Assembly: GCA_003402735.1 (NCBI GenBank)
Contig: QQNE01000008.1
Coordinates: 6,859 to 70,858, forward strand
Source of the DNA: Verrucomicrobiota bacterium
GTDB taxonomy: Bacteria; Verrucomicrobiota; Verrucomicrobiia; Verrucomicrobiales; DEV007
Length of the DNA stretch: 64,000 bases
Direction: 5' to 3'
Shown here: positions 1-9,735 of the stretch, in pieces
Numbering within the stretch: position 1 is the stretch's first letter
Layout: each line of letters starts with the position of its first letter
Program-made: the position numbers and the translations under genes
The notes under the pieces: model-generated
Database searches by the model: none
The model's input: only the letters and a program-made list of their open reading frames with translations
Told to the model about the DNA's origin: nothing

Positions 1-1700
1 AACAACTCAAGCAACCCATTGGACTCCACTGTTTCCGACAGGTAAACCGGCCGATGCTCCGCCATGCGGAGTTCAAAACTGACCGGGCCACTGCGAATCC
101 TTGAGACTTCGTAAGGTGTTTTCCCCAGATACTCGCCCTTGCCGTCGAACACCTCCGCTCCGGCCGGCTCGGAGCGAATCACCAGACTCCCGTAGCTGGG
201 CCGGTCCACGTAAATGAGAAACGGACTGATGGCGACCTTGGACCGATCATAATCCAAGGCCCGGTTGGGCCAATTCAAGGTCTCGTCCTGAAGCGTCTCC
301 GCACGGTAGGTCGATTCGGTTCCGATAAATCCCGCGGCCTGATCCCGCGCCTGCAGCCATTCCGCAAAGGCCTTGGCCTCACGCGCGGACACGATCGGGA
401 TTGGATACGGTCTGCCCCGGATCGTTTGCATCACGATCTCCCCCTCAAACTGCCGCTTCGCCTCGATCGAGAACGCCATGAACAGATCGGCCTGCACCGG
501 CAAATCGAGACGATGCCCGGTCGTGGTCGGCTTGAACTCGAGCCCAAGGCTGTTGATCCACGTGGCTCCGGGTTGCGGAAAGCGGGTGTCCTCCAGCACC
601 AGATGAATGATTCTCCGCGGATCCGACTTCCCCGAGTAATCGATGACCTCGTTCCGAAACCCGCTCAACATCACCTCATACGTCACCCCTTCAACAGGCC
701 TCTTCTCCAAGACCAACGGAGTGACTCCAAGACGTTGCTCTCCAGCAAAAACCTCCGCCCCCGCCGGCTCCGTGGTGATCGAAAGGTTATCGAGCACCGC
801 CTGACGCCTGGCTCCGAGAACGCCCGCCAAAATGATGCCCACCGCCGCCGCAACCCCCGCCCACAGAGGCCAGCGCGCTTTGGCGGGAACTTCCTGCCCT
901 CGCAGCGCTTCGGCCATGTCGTGCGCGCAGGGATAACGGCTCTCCGCCCGCCGCGAGCAGGCTCGGCACACCACCCGGTTGATCCGGCGCCAAATCTCAC
1001 GCTGACTGTTCTCCCGAAGACTTGAGGGGACATCGGGGAAATCGAGCCGGTCCTTTCCGGTCGCCAACTCGTAGAGCACCATGCCCAAACTGAAGATATC
1101 CGCCGCCGGCGTTCCCGCCCCTTCCGGCGGCACATAGCCCTCCGTGCCGACAAAACTGCGGTCCCCCAACGCCGCGACCAGACCGATGTCCGCCAGTTTG
1201 GCTCGTCCATGGACGACGATGGCGTTGGACAATTTGACGTCCCGGTGAATCAGATTGCGCTCGTGAAGGTGTTGCAGGGCTTCCGCAAGTTGCGCCCCCT
1301 GCTCCGCCACGGTATCGAGCCGCACCTTGCACCCTTCCTGCAACGCGGAGCGAAAGGTGTGAGCCACATAAGTATCCGGTTCGATGACCTCGCCGTGATG
1401 AAGGTCATCGGCAACTTCCATCACGTAGTAATAGAAGCTGGCCTTCTGATCCCGACCCACCTGAAGAACGTTGACCAAGCCGGGGTGCTGCCGCGAAATC
1501 GGCTCATAGCGCCGAATCGCCTCAAACTCCCGCTCGAAGTCCCGCTCGTTGTCGAAATCTTCGCGGCGGATCACTTTCACGGCGCGATACACCCCCGTCA
1601 CGGTCCGGGCCAGCCAGACCTCACCGAAGGCACCGCGACCAATCATTCGCAGCACCTCGTGGTCCGGGATGATGGGGGTATCGCATCCTCGCTTCGCCAT
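1..1700 (-). CDS. Ser/Thr protein kinase, membrane-anchored, with extracytoplasmic PEGA-type segments (C-terminus runs off the window start)
   Basis: Absent from the ORF track because it has no stop inside the window. My reverse-strand translation starts at the ATG at revcomp 1698..1700. It reads MAKRGCDTPIIPDHEVLRMIGRGAFGEVWLA..YRAVKVI..LHERNLIHRDVKLSNAIV..KLADIGLV..GTEGYVPPE, which covers the Gly-loop, catalytic Lys, HRDxKxxN, DxG and APE-like motifs. A hydrophobic span WPLWAGVAAAVGIILAGVLGA follows, then two EPAGAEVF (PEGA-like) segments. The frame stays open to position 1. Confidence 0.85.
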   Translation of the reverse strand, partial: MAKRGCDTPIIPDHEVLRMIGRGAFGEVWLARTVTGVYRAVKVIRREDFDNERDFEREFEAIRRYEPISRQHPGLVNVLQVGRDQKASFYYYVMEVADDLHHGEVIEPDTYVAHTFRSALQEGCKVRLDTVAEQGAQLAEALQHLHERNLIHRDVKLSNAIVVHGRAKLADIGLVAALGDRSFVGTEGYVPPEGAGTPAADIFSLGMVLYELATGKDRLDFPDVPSSLRENSQREIWRRINRVVCRACSRRAESRYPCAHDMAEALRGQEVPAKARWPLWAGVAAAVGIILAGVLGARRQAVLDNLSITTEPAGAEVFAGEQRLGVTPLVLEKRPVEGVTYEVMLSGFRNEVIDYSGKSDPRRIIHLVLEDTRFPQPGATWINSLGLEFKPTTTGHRLDLPVQADLFMAFSIEAKRQFEGEIVMQTIRGRPYPIPIVSAREAKAFAEWLQARDQAAGFIGTESTYRAETLQDETLNWPNRALDYDRSKVAISPFLIYVDRPSYGSLVIRSEPAGAEVFDGKGEYLGKTPYEVSRIRSGPVSFELRMAEHRPVYLSETVESNGLLEL

Positions 1701-1799
1701 GATGTCAAGGCTTTCAGTGCCTCCGCCGCCGGAAACGCTCAAACTTCGAAGTGACCGATTCGCGTCCTGCAGAAATCCGGCCACCCAACAACAGAAGAC

Positions 1800-2345
1800 T
1801 CAAATCATGCCCAGCTTCATGCGGCCTTCCTCGGTGATCATCTCCTGACTCCAAGGGGGATCCCAGACCAACTCGACCTTGGCAACATCCACCACTCCGA
1901 TGGCCATGATTTTGGCTTGCGCATCCGCGGCGATGGCCGGCCCCATTCCGCATCCGGGAGCCGTGAGCGTCATCTTGACATTGACGAACTGCCGCCCTTC
2001 CACCTCCTGCACCTGACAATCATACACCAGCCCCAGATTCACGATGTCCACCGGGATCTCCGGATCGAAAACCGTTTTCAAGGACTCCCACACCGCTCCT
2101 TCCAGATCTCCGGCAGCCACTTTCTCGGCCAAGACCCGGGCCGCCTCGCCCCCCTTCGGCTCAATGCCCAGAGCGTCGGCGTCTTTCTCCCGGATTCGCG
2201 CCAACCCAAAATCCGTGGCGACCGTGTAGGATCCGCCGAGCGACTGGGTAATCATGACACGAGTCCCGATCGGCAAGACGATCTCGTCCCCGCGTGGAAT
2301 TTGGATCGCCTCGACTTCGCGACTCAGAAAGATTTCTTGATGCAT
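1800..2345 (-). CDS. sufT: SUF-system Fe-S assembly protein SufT (N-terminal domain plus DUF59/MIP18 domain)
   Basis: Track ORF 1800..2489 trimmed to the internal ATG (MHQEIFLSREVEAIQIPRGD..). It has the ITQSLGGSYTV motif of the long SufT family. The C-terminal DUF59 core reads FDPEIPVDIVNLGLVY..TLTAPGCGMG. It lies 10 nt downstream of the NifU-like gene. Confidence 0.8.
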   Translation of the reverse strand: MHQEIFLSREVEAIQIPRGDEIVLPIGTRVMITQSLGGSYTVATDFGLARIREKDADALGIEPKGGEAARVLAEKVAAGDLEGAVWESLKTVFDPEIPVDIVNLGLVYDCQVQEVEGRQFVNVKMTLTAPGCGMGPAIAADAQAKIMAIGVVDVAKVELVWDPPWSQEMITEEGRMKLGMI

Positions 2346-2355
2346 GGGGAGGGGT

Positions 2356-2862
2356 TCAGTTGAGCTTGACGATGCGCAGCTTCTTCCCCGCAGGAACGCC
2401 GGAAGTTGAGAGACTGTCAAGCAACGTCGCCGCACTGGCTTCCACCGCGCGATGCCCCGGGGAAGAAATCGGCTCTTCCTGTGCTTCACCCTCCACTCGC
2501 AAGGCCTCGCGCAAGGCCCCCTCGACCATTTGCCCGCAGTGAATCTTCATCGGCGGCAAGGGCCCCAGAGGCTCACTCAAGTCACTGGCCCCGAGTTGGC
2601 GCGCTTCCTCCACCGTCTTGCCTGCCAAAAGCTCGGTCGCCAGCGAAGCCACCGCGATGGCCGTCTGGCAACCAAAACTTTGAAAGCTGGCGCGGTCGAT
2701 GACTTTCTTGCCCCCCTTCTCCGTGAACTTCAACCAGAGGCGAACCATGTCCCCGCACTCCGGACTGCCCACCGTGCCGACCGCATCGGCATCCCTCATT
2801 TCCCCCATGTTCTTCGGGTTGGCGATCGCATCGCGGATCTTCTCCTCAAACGATTCCGGCAT
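2356..2862 (-). CDS. NifU/IscU-type Fe-S cluster scaffold protein with a ~45-aa C-terminal extension
   Basis: 168 aa. Three scaffold Cys contexts are present: GSPECGD, SFGCQTAIA and MKIHCGQM. It is co-oriented with sufT. Confidence 0.8.
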   Translation of the reverse strand: MPESFEEKIRDAIANPKNMGEMRDADAVGTVGSPECGDMVRLWLKFTEKGGKKVIDRASFQSFGCQTAIAVASLATELLAGKTVEEARQLGASDLSEPLGPLPPMKIHCGQMVEGALREALRVEGEAQEEPISSPGHRAVEASAATLLDSLSTSGVPAGKKLRIVKLN

Positions 2863-2937
2863 CCCGCAACCTAGATCAAGGCGACCGGGCGCGCGAGCGA
2901 TTTCGCGAACGCCCGGCCCTCCCTGACGGGGCCCCTG

Positions 2938-5511
2938 TCACCGCTGGAAGACCAGACGACTCCCTTCCAGCTTGCCGTGCACGGTGTCGCCCTCCTTGAA
3001 CTTGCCCTCCAGAACTTCCATGCTCAGCGGGTCCAACACCAGCCTCTGGATGGTGCGCTTCAGGGGACGGGCTCCGTAAACCGGGTCGTAACCTTCGCGC
3101 GCCAGGAAGTCGAGTTCGGCGTCAGCCAGTTCCAGTCCGATGCCCTGCAGCGCCAGACGGTGCCGGACACGCTGCAGTTGGATCCGGACAATCTGCCGCA
3201 AATCTTCCTCGGTGAGCCGATCGAAGATGACCGTCTCGTCGAGGCGATTGAGAAACTCCGGCCGAAAGAAATTGCGCAGGGAATCCTGCACGAGCTTCTC
3301 TCGTTTCACCGGATCATCCTCCCGCATGATGGCCTCGCTCCCGATGTTGCTGGTCATGATGATGACGGTGTTGCGGAAATCCACGGTGCGGCCCTGCCCA
3401 TCCGTGATCCGCCCATCATCGAGCACCTGGAGAAGAACGTTGAAGACGTCGGGATGCGCTTTCTCCACTTCGTCGAAGAGGACGACACTGTAAGGACGGC
3501 GTCGCACCGTCTCACTGAGTTGCCCCCCCTCCTCATACCCAACGTATCCCGGCGGCGCCCCGATCAGCCGGGCCACGGAATGCTTCTCCATGTATTCACT
3601 CATATCGAGCCGGACCATGGCATTCTCATCGTCGAAGAGAAACTCCGCCAGAGCACGAGCCAACTCCGTCTTCCCCACCCCGGTCGGCCCCAGGAAAAGG
3701 AAGGAACCGAGCGGACGGTTTTCATCCTGCAAACCCGCCCGAGCCCGGCGCACCGCATTGGCCACGGCCACGATCGCCTTGCGCTGACCGATGACCCGCT
3801 CGCCGAGGCGCCCCTCCATTCTCACGAGTTTGGAACGCTCTCCCTCCTGCAATCGGCTCACCGGAATGCCTGTCCAGGAGGCCACCACTTGAGCGACATC
3901 CTCCTCGGTCACCTCCTCCTTGAGAATCCGACTGGTCTTTTGCACCTCCGCAAGCCGGGCATTCTCCGCAGCGAGGCGCTTTTGCAGGTCCGGAAGAATT
4001 CCATACTGAATCTGACTCGCTTGCCCCAAATCCCCCCGCCGCTGCGCTTGCTCCAGTTCCGTTTTCCGTCCCTCGATTTCCTCCTGGATCTTCCGGACCA
4101 CGTCGATCACCCCCTTCTCGTTCTGCCACCTGGCCCGCATTTCGGAGGACTGCTCCCGGACATCAGCCAACTCGCGCACCACCTTTTCCAGGCGTTGTTT
4201 GGACGCGTCATCCTTTTCCTTCGCCAAGGCCTGCCGCTCCATCTCAAGCTGCATCGCCTGGCGTTCCAGTTGGTCAATTTCGGTCGGCAACGAATCCAGC
4301 TCGATCTTCAACCGCGAAGCCGCCTCGTCCACCAGATCGACCGCCTTGTCCGGAAGAAATCGATCGGAAATGTAGCGGTTCGAGAGAGTCGCCGCCGCCA
4401 CCAGGGCCGCATCCTGAATCCGCACACCGTGGTGAACTTCATACTTTTCTTTGATGCCGCGGAGGATGGCGATGGTGTCTTCGACACTCGGTTCACCCAC
4501 CATCACGGGTTGGAATCGGCGTTCCAGGGCGGCGTCCTTTTCGATGTATTTTCGATACTCATCGAGAGTCGTGGCCCCGATGGTGCGCAGCTCGCCCCGC
4601 GCCAGTTGCGGTTTGAGCAGGTTCGAGGCATCGACGGCCCCTTCGCTGGCCCCGGCCCCCACGATGGTGTGCAGTTCATCGATGAAGAGAATGATCTGCC
4701 CCTCGCTGGCGGTCACCTCCTTGAGAAAGGCCTTGAGCCGTTCTTCGAACTCGCCGCGATACTTCGCCCCCGCGATCATGCCGCCCAAATCCATCGCGAC
4801 CAACCGCTTGTTCTTCAGGCTGTCGGGAACGTCTCCGCTGATGATCCGCCGCGCCAATCCTTCCGCGATCGCGGTTTTCCCAACGCCCGGCTCCCCGATG
4901 AGCACGGGGTTATTCTTGGTGCGCCGGGAAAGAATCTGCATCACTCGGCGGATCTCCTCATCGCGTCCGATGATGGGATCGATCTTTCCCTGGCGAGCCA
5001 GGGCGGTGAGGTCTGTCCCATATTTCTCAAGCGCCTGGTATTTCCCTTCCGGGTCCTGATCGACCACGCGCTGACTCCCGCGCACCCCTTTCAGCGCCTT
5101 CTCGAGGGTGGAACGATCCGCCCCCGCTTTCCGCAGAAGCTCCCCCACACCGGAACGGCTCTCCGCCAAGGCGAGAAGCACGTGCTCAACGCTGAGAAAC
5201 TCGTCTTGCATCGCCTCCCGGCGCTGGTCCGCCGCGCGGAGGGCATCGCTCAACTCGCGCCCCACCTGGGGTTGCCCCGTGGCGCCGTGAACCCGGGGCA
5301 TCCGGGAAACCTGGGCCTGGGCCTGTTCTCGCAGACTGGTCAGGTTCACCCCGGCCTTTTCAAACACCGGTTGAGCCAGCCCCCCCTCCTGCTTGAGCAG
5401 AGCGACGAAGAGGTGAGCGGGGCCGATTTCCGGATGACCAGCGGTGCTGGCGAGATCGAGCGCGTCTTGAAGAGCGTCCTGAAGCTTGGCAGTGAATTTC
5501 TGGGGAGACAT
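2938..5511 (-). CDS. clpB: ATP-dependent chaperone/disaggregase ClpB
   Basis: 857 aa with a Clp_N-like N-terminus. It has two AAA+ modules with Walker [11 protein letters not shown] and [10 protein letters not shown] and a long coiled-coil middle domain. The length and layout are typical of ClpB. Confidence 0.97.
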   Translation of the reverse strand: MSPQKFTAKLQDALQDALDLASTAGHPEIGPAHLFVALLKQEGGLAQPVFEKAGVNLTSLREQAQAQVSRMPRVHGATGQPQVGRELSDALRAADQRREAMQDEFLSVEHVLLALAESRSGVGELLRKAGADRSTLEKALKGVRGSQRVVDQDPEGKYQALEKYGTDLTALARQGKIDPIIGRDEEIRRVMQILSRRTKNNPVLIGEPGVGKTAIAEGLARRIISGDVPDSLKNKRLVAMDLGGMIAGAKYRGEFEERLKAFLKEVTASEGQIILFIDELHTIVGAGASEGAVDASNLLKPQLARGELRTIGATTLDEYRKYIEKDAALERRFQPVMVGEPSVEDTIAILRGIKEKYEVHHGVRIQDAALVAAATLSNRYISDRFLPDKAVDLVDEAASRLKIELDSLPTEIDQLERQAMQLEMERQALAKEKDDASKQRLEKVVRELADVREQSSEMRARWQNEKGVIDVVRKIQEEIEGRKTELEQAQRRGDLGQASQIQYGILPDLQKRLAAENARLAEVQKTSRILKEEVTEEDVAQVVASWTGIPVSRLQEGERSKLVRMEGRLGERVIGQRKAIVAVANAVRRARAGLQDENRPLGSFLFLGPTGVGKTELARALAEFLFDDENAMVRLDMSEYMEKHSVARLIGAPPGYVGYEEGGQLSETVRRRPYSVVLFDEVEKAHPDVFNVLLQVLDDGRITDGQGRTVDFRNTVIIMTSNIGSEAIMREDDPVKREKLVQDSLRNFFRPEFLNRLDETVIFDRLTEEDLRQIVRIQLQRVRHRLALQGIGLELADAELDFLAREGYDPVYGARPLKRTIQRLVLDPLSMEVLEGKFKEGDTVHGKLEGSRLVFQR

Positions 5512-5612
5512 GGGGTTCTAGGGATTTGTGAGGTTTCACAACTGAAGAGCAGGTGCCATTCCACCGGGCAAACCCCGTCGGATCCCACTCCGGTTCCCAT
5601 TTTTGCGCCATT

Positions 5613-5646
5613 TTGACTCTCCCCAGCTCGGTTTCTATAGAGTCAA
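5613..5646. promoter_or_regulatory. Inverted repeat TTGACTCT-N18-AGAGTCAA in the clpB / ROK-kinase divergent intergenic region (candidate operator)
   Basis: Perfect 8-bp arms at 5613..5620 and 5639..5646, read directly. The repeat lies ~100 nt upstream of the clpB start (5511) and ~85 nt upstream of the ROK gene start (5730). Confidence 0.3.
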
Positions 5647-5729
5647 TTTGACGCACGGCAAAATGTTCACAAAACTCTGCTTCCACCATCGTGACATTTT
5701 CGTAACAGTTCGCCCTTTCATCCTTCCAC

Positions 5730-6719
5730 ATGAGCGACGGTTCCAAATACTCCATAGGCTTTGATCTGGGCGGCACCAAGATGATGGCCTGCCTCTTCGA
5801 TGACAAATTCAAGGCGGTCGCCCGCCGCCGCCGTCCGGCCAAGGGGCAGGAGGGGGCTGACCAAGGTCTTGAGCGAATGATGGAGTGCATCCAGGCCATT
5901 CTCGACGAGGCCAAGGTCTCCCAGGAACAGGTCGCTGCCATCGGAGTCGGATGCCCCGGCGTGGTCAATCTCTCCAACGGCGTGCTTCGTCACGCGCCCA
6001 ACCTCGGGTGGACCGAGGTCCCCATCGGCCAAGTCATCCGCAGCCGCTTCGGGGCTCCCACCAAAATCCTCAACGACGTCGATGCCGGAGCCTACGGAGA
6101 ATACAAACTCGGAGCCGGCAAGGGAGCCTCCACTTTGGTCGCGGTATTCCCCGGCACCGGAGTCGGAGCCGGTTGCGTCATCGAGGGACGGCTCCTCACC
6201 GGAAAGAATGCGTCCTGCATGGAACTGGGCCATACCCGGGTGCATCTCTCGCACCTGGGGACCGAACGCGGAGAGCCCCCCGTCATGGAAAGCATCTGCG
6301 GACGACTCGGAATCGCCAGCGCCGCCATCGCGGAGGCCTATCGCGGCAACGCCCCCTTCCTGCTGAAAGAGGTTGGAACCGACCTGGAAAACGTGAAAAG
6401 CGGCGCCCTGGCCCGGGCCATCGATGCCGGCGATCTCGCGATCCGCCGCATCATGGAGAATTCCATCCATCACCTGGGGGTCGCCGTCTCCAACGTCGTT
6501 GATCTCCTCGGCCCGGATGTGGTGGTGCTGGGAGGCGGCTTGGTCGAACGCTTCTCCAAACTCTACCTGCGGGGTGTGAGTGCAGCGATTCAGCGGTATG
6601 CCAGTGCGGCCCTGGCCCAGGAGGTGGAAGTTCGTCAGGCGAAGTTGGGGGACGATGCCGTGGCTGCAGGAGCTGCGGCCTTCGCCCTGGCTCAAACGCA
6701 AGAAGCCGCACTGAAGTGA
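5730..6719 (+). CDS. ROK-family sugar kinase (glucokinase-like)
   Basis: 329 aa. The N-terminal ATPase motif is IGFDLGGTK. Further motifs are LNDVDAGAYGE and GTGVGAG. The stop overlaps the ppk1 GTG start (GTGA at 6716..6719). Confidence 0.85.
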   Translation: MSDGSKYSIGFDLGGTKMMACLFDDKFKAVARRRRPAKGQEGADQGLERMMECIQAILDEAKVSQEQVAAIGVGCPGVVNLSNGVLRHAPNLGWTEVPIGQVIRSRFGAPTKILNDVDAGAYGEYKLGAGKGASTLVAVFPGTGVGAGCVIEGRLLTGKNASCMELGHTRVHLSHLGTERGEPPVMESICGRLGIASAAIAEAYRGNAPFLLKEVGTDLENVKSGALARAIDAGDLAIRRIMENSIHHLGVAVSNVVDLLGPDVVVLGGGLVERFSKLYLRGVSAAIQRYASAALAQEVEVRQAKLGDDAVAAGAAAFALAQTQEAALK

Positions 6720-8794
6720 TCGACATCCCATTTCGCAGCAAGGAGGTAAGCTGGCTCTCCTTCAATTCCCGGGTTCTTCAAGAGGCCCGACTGCCGGAGA
6801 CCCCGCTCCTGGAACGGGTGAAATTCCTCGGCATCTATTCGTCGAACCTGGATGAGTTTTTCCGGATTCGCATCGCCACTTTGCGCCGGTTGGCCCGCCT
6901 CGGTTTGCCTCCGGAAAAACTGGGCATCCCCGATCCCAAGGAGACCTTGCAGAAGGTCAACCAGACCTTGAAGGCCGAATCGCGCCTTTTCAATGAGGTC
7001 TACGATCAGGTCTTCGAATCCCTCCGCGAAGAGCGCATCCGCGTGATCACGGACAAGGAAGTGCCCCCCTCCCTCGAAAAGCATCTTCGGGATTACTTCT
7101 CCCGCGAAGTGCTCCCCCGCCTGATGCCGATCGTGATCAAGAGCACCTCGATGCTGCGGGATTTGCAGGATCAACCGATGTATCTGGCCGTGAAACTCGG
7201 ACGGAAGGTTGGCAGCGGCCGCCCCCTTCATGCCCTGATCGAAATCCCAACGGACATCCCACGCTTCCATGTTCTCCCCAAAATCGGCGAGGAGAAGCTG
7301 GTCATGTATCTCGATGACGTCATTCGTTTCGGTCTGCCGATGGTCTTTGAGCCCACGCACTACGACACCTTTGAGGCTTATGCGGTGAAGTTCACGCGCG
7401 ATGCCGAAATGGAGTTCGACAACGACTTCATGGACAGCCTCTATGAACAGCTCAGCGAGGGGCTCAAGGCGCGGGAGGAAGGGGATCCTGTGCGGATCAA
7501 TTACGACGCCAACATGCCAAAGCCCTTTCTCCGCCTCGTCATGAACGCCCTCGATGTCGTCGGCGATGAGGACTCCAAGTTTCCGGGGGCGCGCTATCAC
7601 AACCGCAAAGATTTGATCAAATTCCCCACACTCGGTCGGGGAGACTTGCAATACCCACCTCTTCATCCAGTCCCGCCGCCTCGCATCGATACAGAGGACA
7701 ACAACCTGTTCCGCTCCATTCGGACCCGGGATATTCTCCTGCATCTTCCCTATCACAGCTTTCATCACTTCCTCGATCTGCTGCGCCAAGCCAGCATCGA
7801 TCCCCTGGTGAAAACCATCCGCATGACGCAATATCGCCTCGCCAAGGACTCCTTCGTGGCGCGCGCCCTGATCAACGCCGTGCGGAATGGCAAGGAAGTC
7901 ACGGTCCTGGTGGAGCCGACCGCACGGTTCGACGAACAGAACAACATGACCTGGGCGAGCCGCTACCGCGACGCCGGCATCCGTGTGATTTGGGGAGTGC
8001 CAGGCCTCAAGGTGCACGCCAAACTTTGTCTCATTGAGAGGATCGAATTGGGCGTACTGCGCAGCTACAGCGTGGTCGGCTCCGGCAACTTCAATGAAGT
8101 CACGGCCAAGATCTACACCGATCACATGCTCTTCACCGCCAACCCGGAAATCGGTGAGGATCTCCTCCAGATCTTCCGCTTCTTCGACCGCAATTTTGAG
8201 GTCCCCAAATTGCGCCACCTCGTCTGCGCCCCTTTCACTCTCCGCTCCACCATTTACGGCGCCATCGATGCGGAGATCGCCGCCGCACAAGCAGGCGAAA
8301 AGGCCCAGATCTGGATCAAGATCAACAACCTCTCCGATGTCGAGGTGGTTCGCCGTCTCTACCGCGCCGCAGCGGCGGGCGTCGATATCCGACTCATCAT
8401 CCGCGGCATGTTCTCACTCGACACCGGCGAACCGGACTGCTCAATCCACCTCAACGCCATCGGAATTGTCGATCAGTTGCTGGAGCATGCCAGGGTCCTG
8501 ATTTTCCACAATGGCGGCAAGCGCCGTTTTTACCTCAGCTCGGCCGACTTTCTGCCCCGCAATTTCGACAGCCGATGCGAAGTTCTGTGCCCCATCCTGG
8601 ATCCGTGGCTGCAGGAGCAACTCGGACGTTATCTTGAAATCCAGTGGTCAGACACGGTCAAAGCCAGAGTCCTCGATTCCAGCCTCAGCAACCGACTGCG
8701 TCAACCCACCGACACAACCCCTCCCGTTCGCGCCCAAGCCGCCATTCTGGAATACCTCTCCAACCTGGAACATCAAGATCCCCAAGGCGCATGA
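6716..8794 (+). CDS. ppk1: Polyphosphate kinase 1
   Basis: 692 aa. It has SWLSFNSRVLQEA and FLGIYSSNLDEFF, the PPK1 N-terminal signatures, and two PLD-like C-terminal domains. It has a GTG start, and its stop overlaps the next gene's ATG (ATGA at 8791..8794). Confidence 0.95.
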   Translation: MIDIPFRSKEVSWLSFNSRVLQEARLPETPLLERVKFLGIYSSNLDEFFRIRIATLRRLARLGLPPEKLGIPDPKETLQKVNQTLKAESRLFNEVYDQVFESLREERIRVITDKEVPPSLEKHLRDYFSREVLPRLMPIVIKSTSMLRDLQDQPMYLAVKLGRKVGSGRPLHALIEIPTDIPRFHVLPKIGEEKLVMYLDDVIRFGLPMVFEPTHYDTFEAYAVKFTRDAEMEFDNDFMDSLYEQLSEGLKAREEGDPVRINYDANMPKPFLRLVMNALDVVGDEDSKFPGARYHNRKDLIKFPTLGRGDLQYPPLHPVPPPRIDTEDNNLFRSIRTRDILLHLPYHSFHHFLDLLRQASIDPLVKTIRMTQYRLAKDSFVARALINAVRNGKEVTVLVEPTARFDEQNNMTWASRYRDAGIRVIWGVPGLKVHAKLCLIERIELGVLRSYSVVGSGNFNEVTAKIYTDHMLFTANPEIGEDLLQIFRFFDRNFEVPKLRHLVCAPFTLRSTIYGAIDAEIAAAQAGEKAQIWIKINNLSDVEVVRRLYRAAAAGVDIRLIIRGMFSLDTGEPDCSIHLNAIGIVDQLLEHARVLIFHNGGKRRFYLSSADFLPRNFDSRCEVLCPILDPWLQEQLGRYLEIQWSDTVKARVLDSSLSNRLRQPTDTTPPVRAQAAILEYLSNLEHQDPQGA

Positions 8795-9636
8795 GCGATC
8801 CCCCTCCCCCTGAGCGCCGCGGCCGACTCTGCGTCGTCGGCCCCCTCAGGCTCGATCACGTCGCCTCGATCAACACCTTGCCCCAACCGGGCCAAACCGT
8901 AACGGCCAACGAATTCACCATTCGCCACGGCGGCAGAGGCGCCAACCAGGCCATCGCAGCCGCCCGCCAGGGGGCCAAGGTTTCCCTGATCGGCGCCCTC
9001 GGTCCCGATGCCGCCGGAAGGGATTTTCACAACCATCTTGTGGCCGCAGGTGTCTCGACCCACCACCTCAAGCAGACCAGTCTGCCAACCGGCGCCGCCT
9101 TCCTCAATCTCCTGCCGTCCGGCCAATGGACCTCCGTCGTTTTCCCGGGAGCCAATCACACATTGACCCCCGAGGATGTCACTTCTGCCGCTGAAGCCAT
9201 CGCGGAGTCCGCCTTTCTGCTCATCCAACTCGAACTGCCGGTCGAAACCGTGGTGACCGCGATGCAGATCGCCAACCGCTCCGGCACCCAAGTCATTTTC
9301 AATCCCTCACCCTTTTCTCCGAATTTCCCCTGGTCCGAGGTCTTCATCGACATCCTCTTGGTGAACGAGATAGAAGCCGGTCAACTCGACGCCGCCACCC
9401 CGGCCGGAGAAGATCTCCCGGTCGGAAGTCTGATCATCACCCATGGCACCGAGCCGGTGGAGGTCATCACGCCTGAAGGAGACTTCAGTCTGCGCCCACC
9501 TCACGGCACGTCGGTGGACGAGGCCAGCGCTGGCGACACTTTTGCCGGAACCCTGGCGGCCCGGCTCGCCCTCGGAGATTCCCTCTCCGAGTCCGTCACT
9601 GCGGCCAACACCGCTGCGGCCCAGTCAATCTTTTAG
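8791..9636 (+). CDS. PfkB-family carbohydrate kinase (ribokinase-like); the C-terminus looks truncated by a possible frameshift
   Basis: Track ORF 8644..9636 trimmed to ATG 8791 (MSDPPPPERRGRLCVVG..). It has GGRGANQAIAAARQG and the SAGDTFAG anion-hole motif. It ends ..AANTAAAQSIF*. The conserved family tail (R-x-G-A ... E-A-F) is readable in the +1 frame just after a T4 run at 9631..9634. Confidence 0.75.
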   Translation: MSDPPPPERRGRLCVVGPLRLDHVASINTLPQPGQTVTANEFTIRHGGRGANQAIAAARQGAKVSLIGALGPDAAGRDFHNHLVAAGVSTHHLKQTSLPTGAAFLNLLPSGQWTSVVFPGANHTLTPEDVTSAAEAIAESAFLLIQLELPVETVVTAMQIANRSGTQVIFNPSPFSPNFPWSEVFIDILLVNEIEAGQLDAATPAGEDLPVGSLIITHGTEPVEVITPEGDFSLRPPHGTSVDEASAGDTFAGTLAARLALGDSLSESVTAANTAAAQSIF

Positions 9637-9735
9637 GCGGAATGGCGCTCCTTTGAGCGACTTCATCGAGGCCTTTCCTTGGAGACATTTCCGTGCGGAA
9701 ATGCCCCGGAGGTTCCTGGCGCGGGAAAGCAAGGC

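Noticed and set aside
2885-2916. GC-rich hairpin (CCGGGCG...CGCCCGG with an inner CGCGA/TCGCG pairing) between clpB and the NifU-like gene, as a possible intrinsic terminator.
   Set aside because: No U-tract follows on the transcribed (minus) strand. It could be a processing or attenuation structure, but the evidence is insufficient.
2977-5616. 879-aa ORF on the plus strand opposite clpB. Similar very long antisense ORFs are 33964..36936 (-), 41959..45261 (-), 59151..62276 (+), 5718..6731 (-), 6692..8290 (-), 25699..27639 (+), 28236..29669 (+), 52614..54410 (+) and 57159..58598 (+).
   Set aside because: These are shadow ORFs, typical of high-GC DNA. Their translations are Arg/Gly/Pro/His-rich and low in complexity, with no recognisable motifs. 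The opposite strand in every case encodes a protein with multiple strong family signatures.
5613-5646. Possibility that the clpB upstream inverted repeat is a CIRCE (HrcA) or HAIR (HspR) element.
   Set aside because: The sequence TTGACTCT-N18-AGAGTCAA does not match TTAGCACTC-N9-GAGTGCTAA or CTTGAGT-N7-ACTCAAG in either half-site or spacing. It is kept only as a generic candidate operator.
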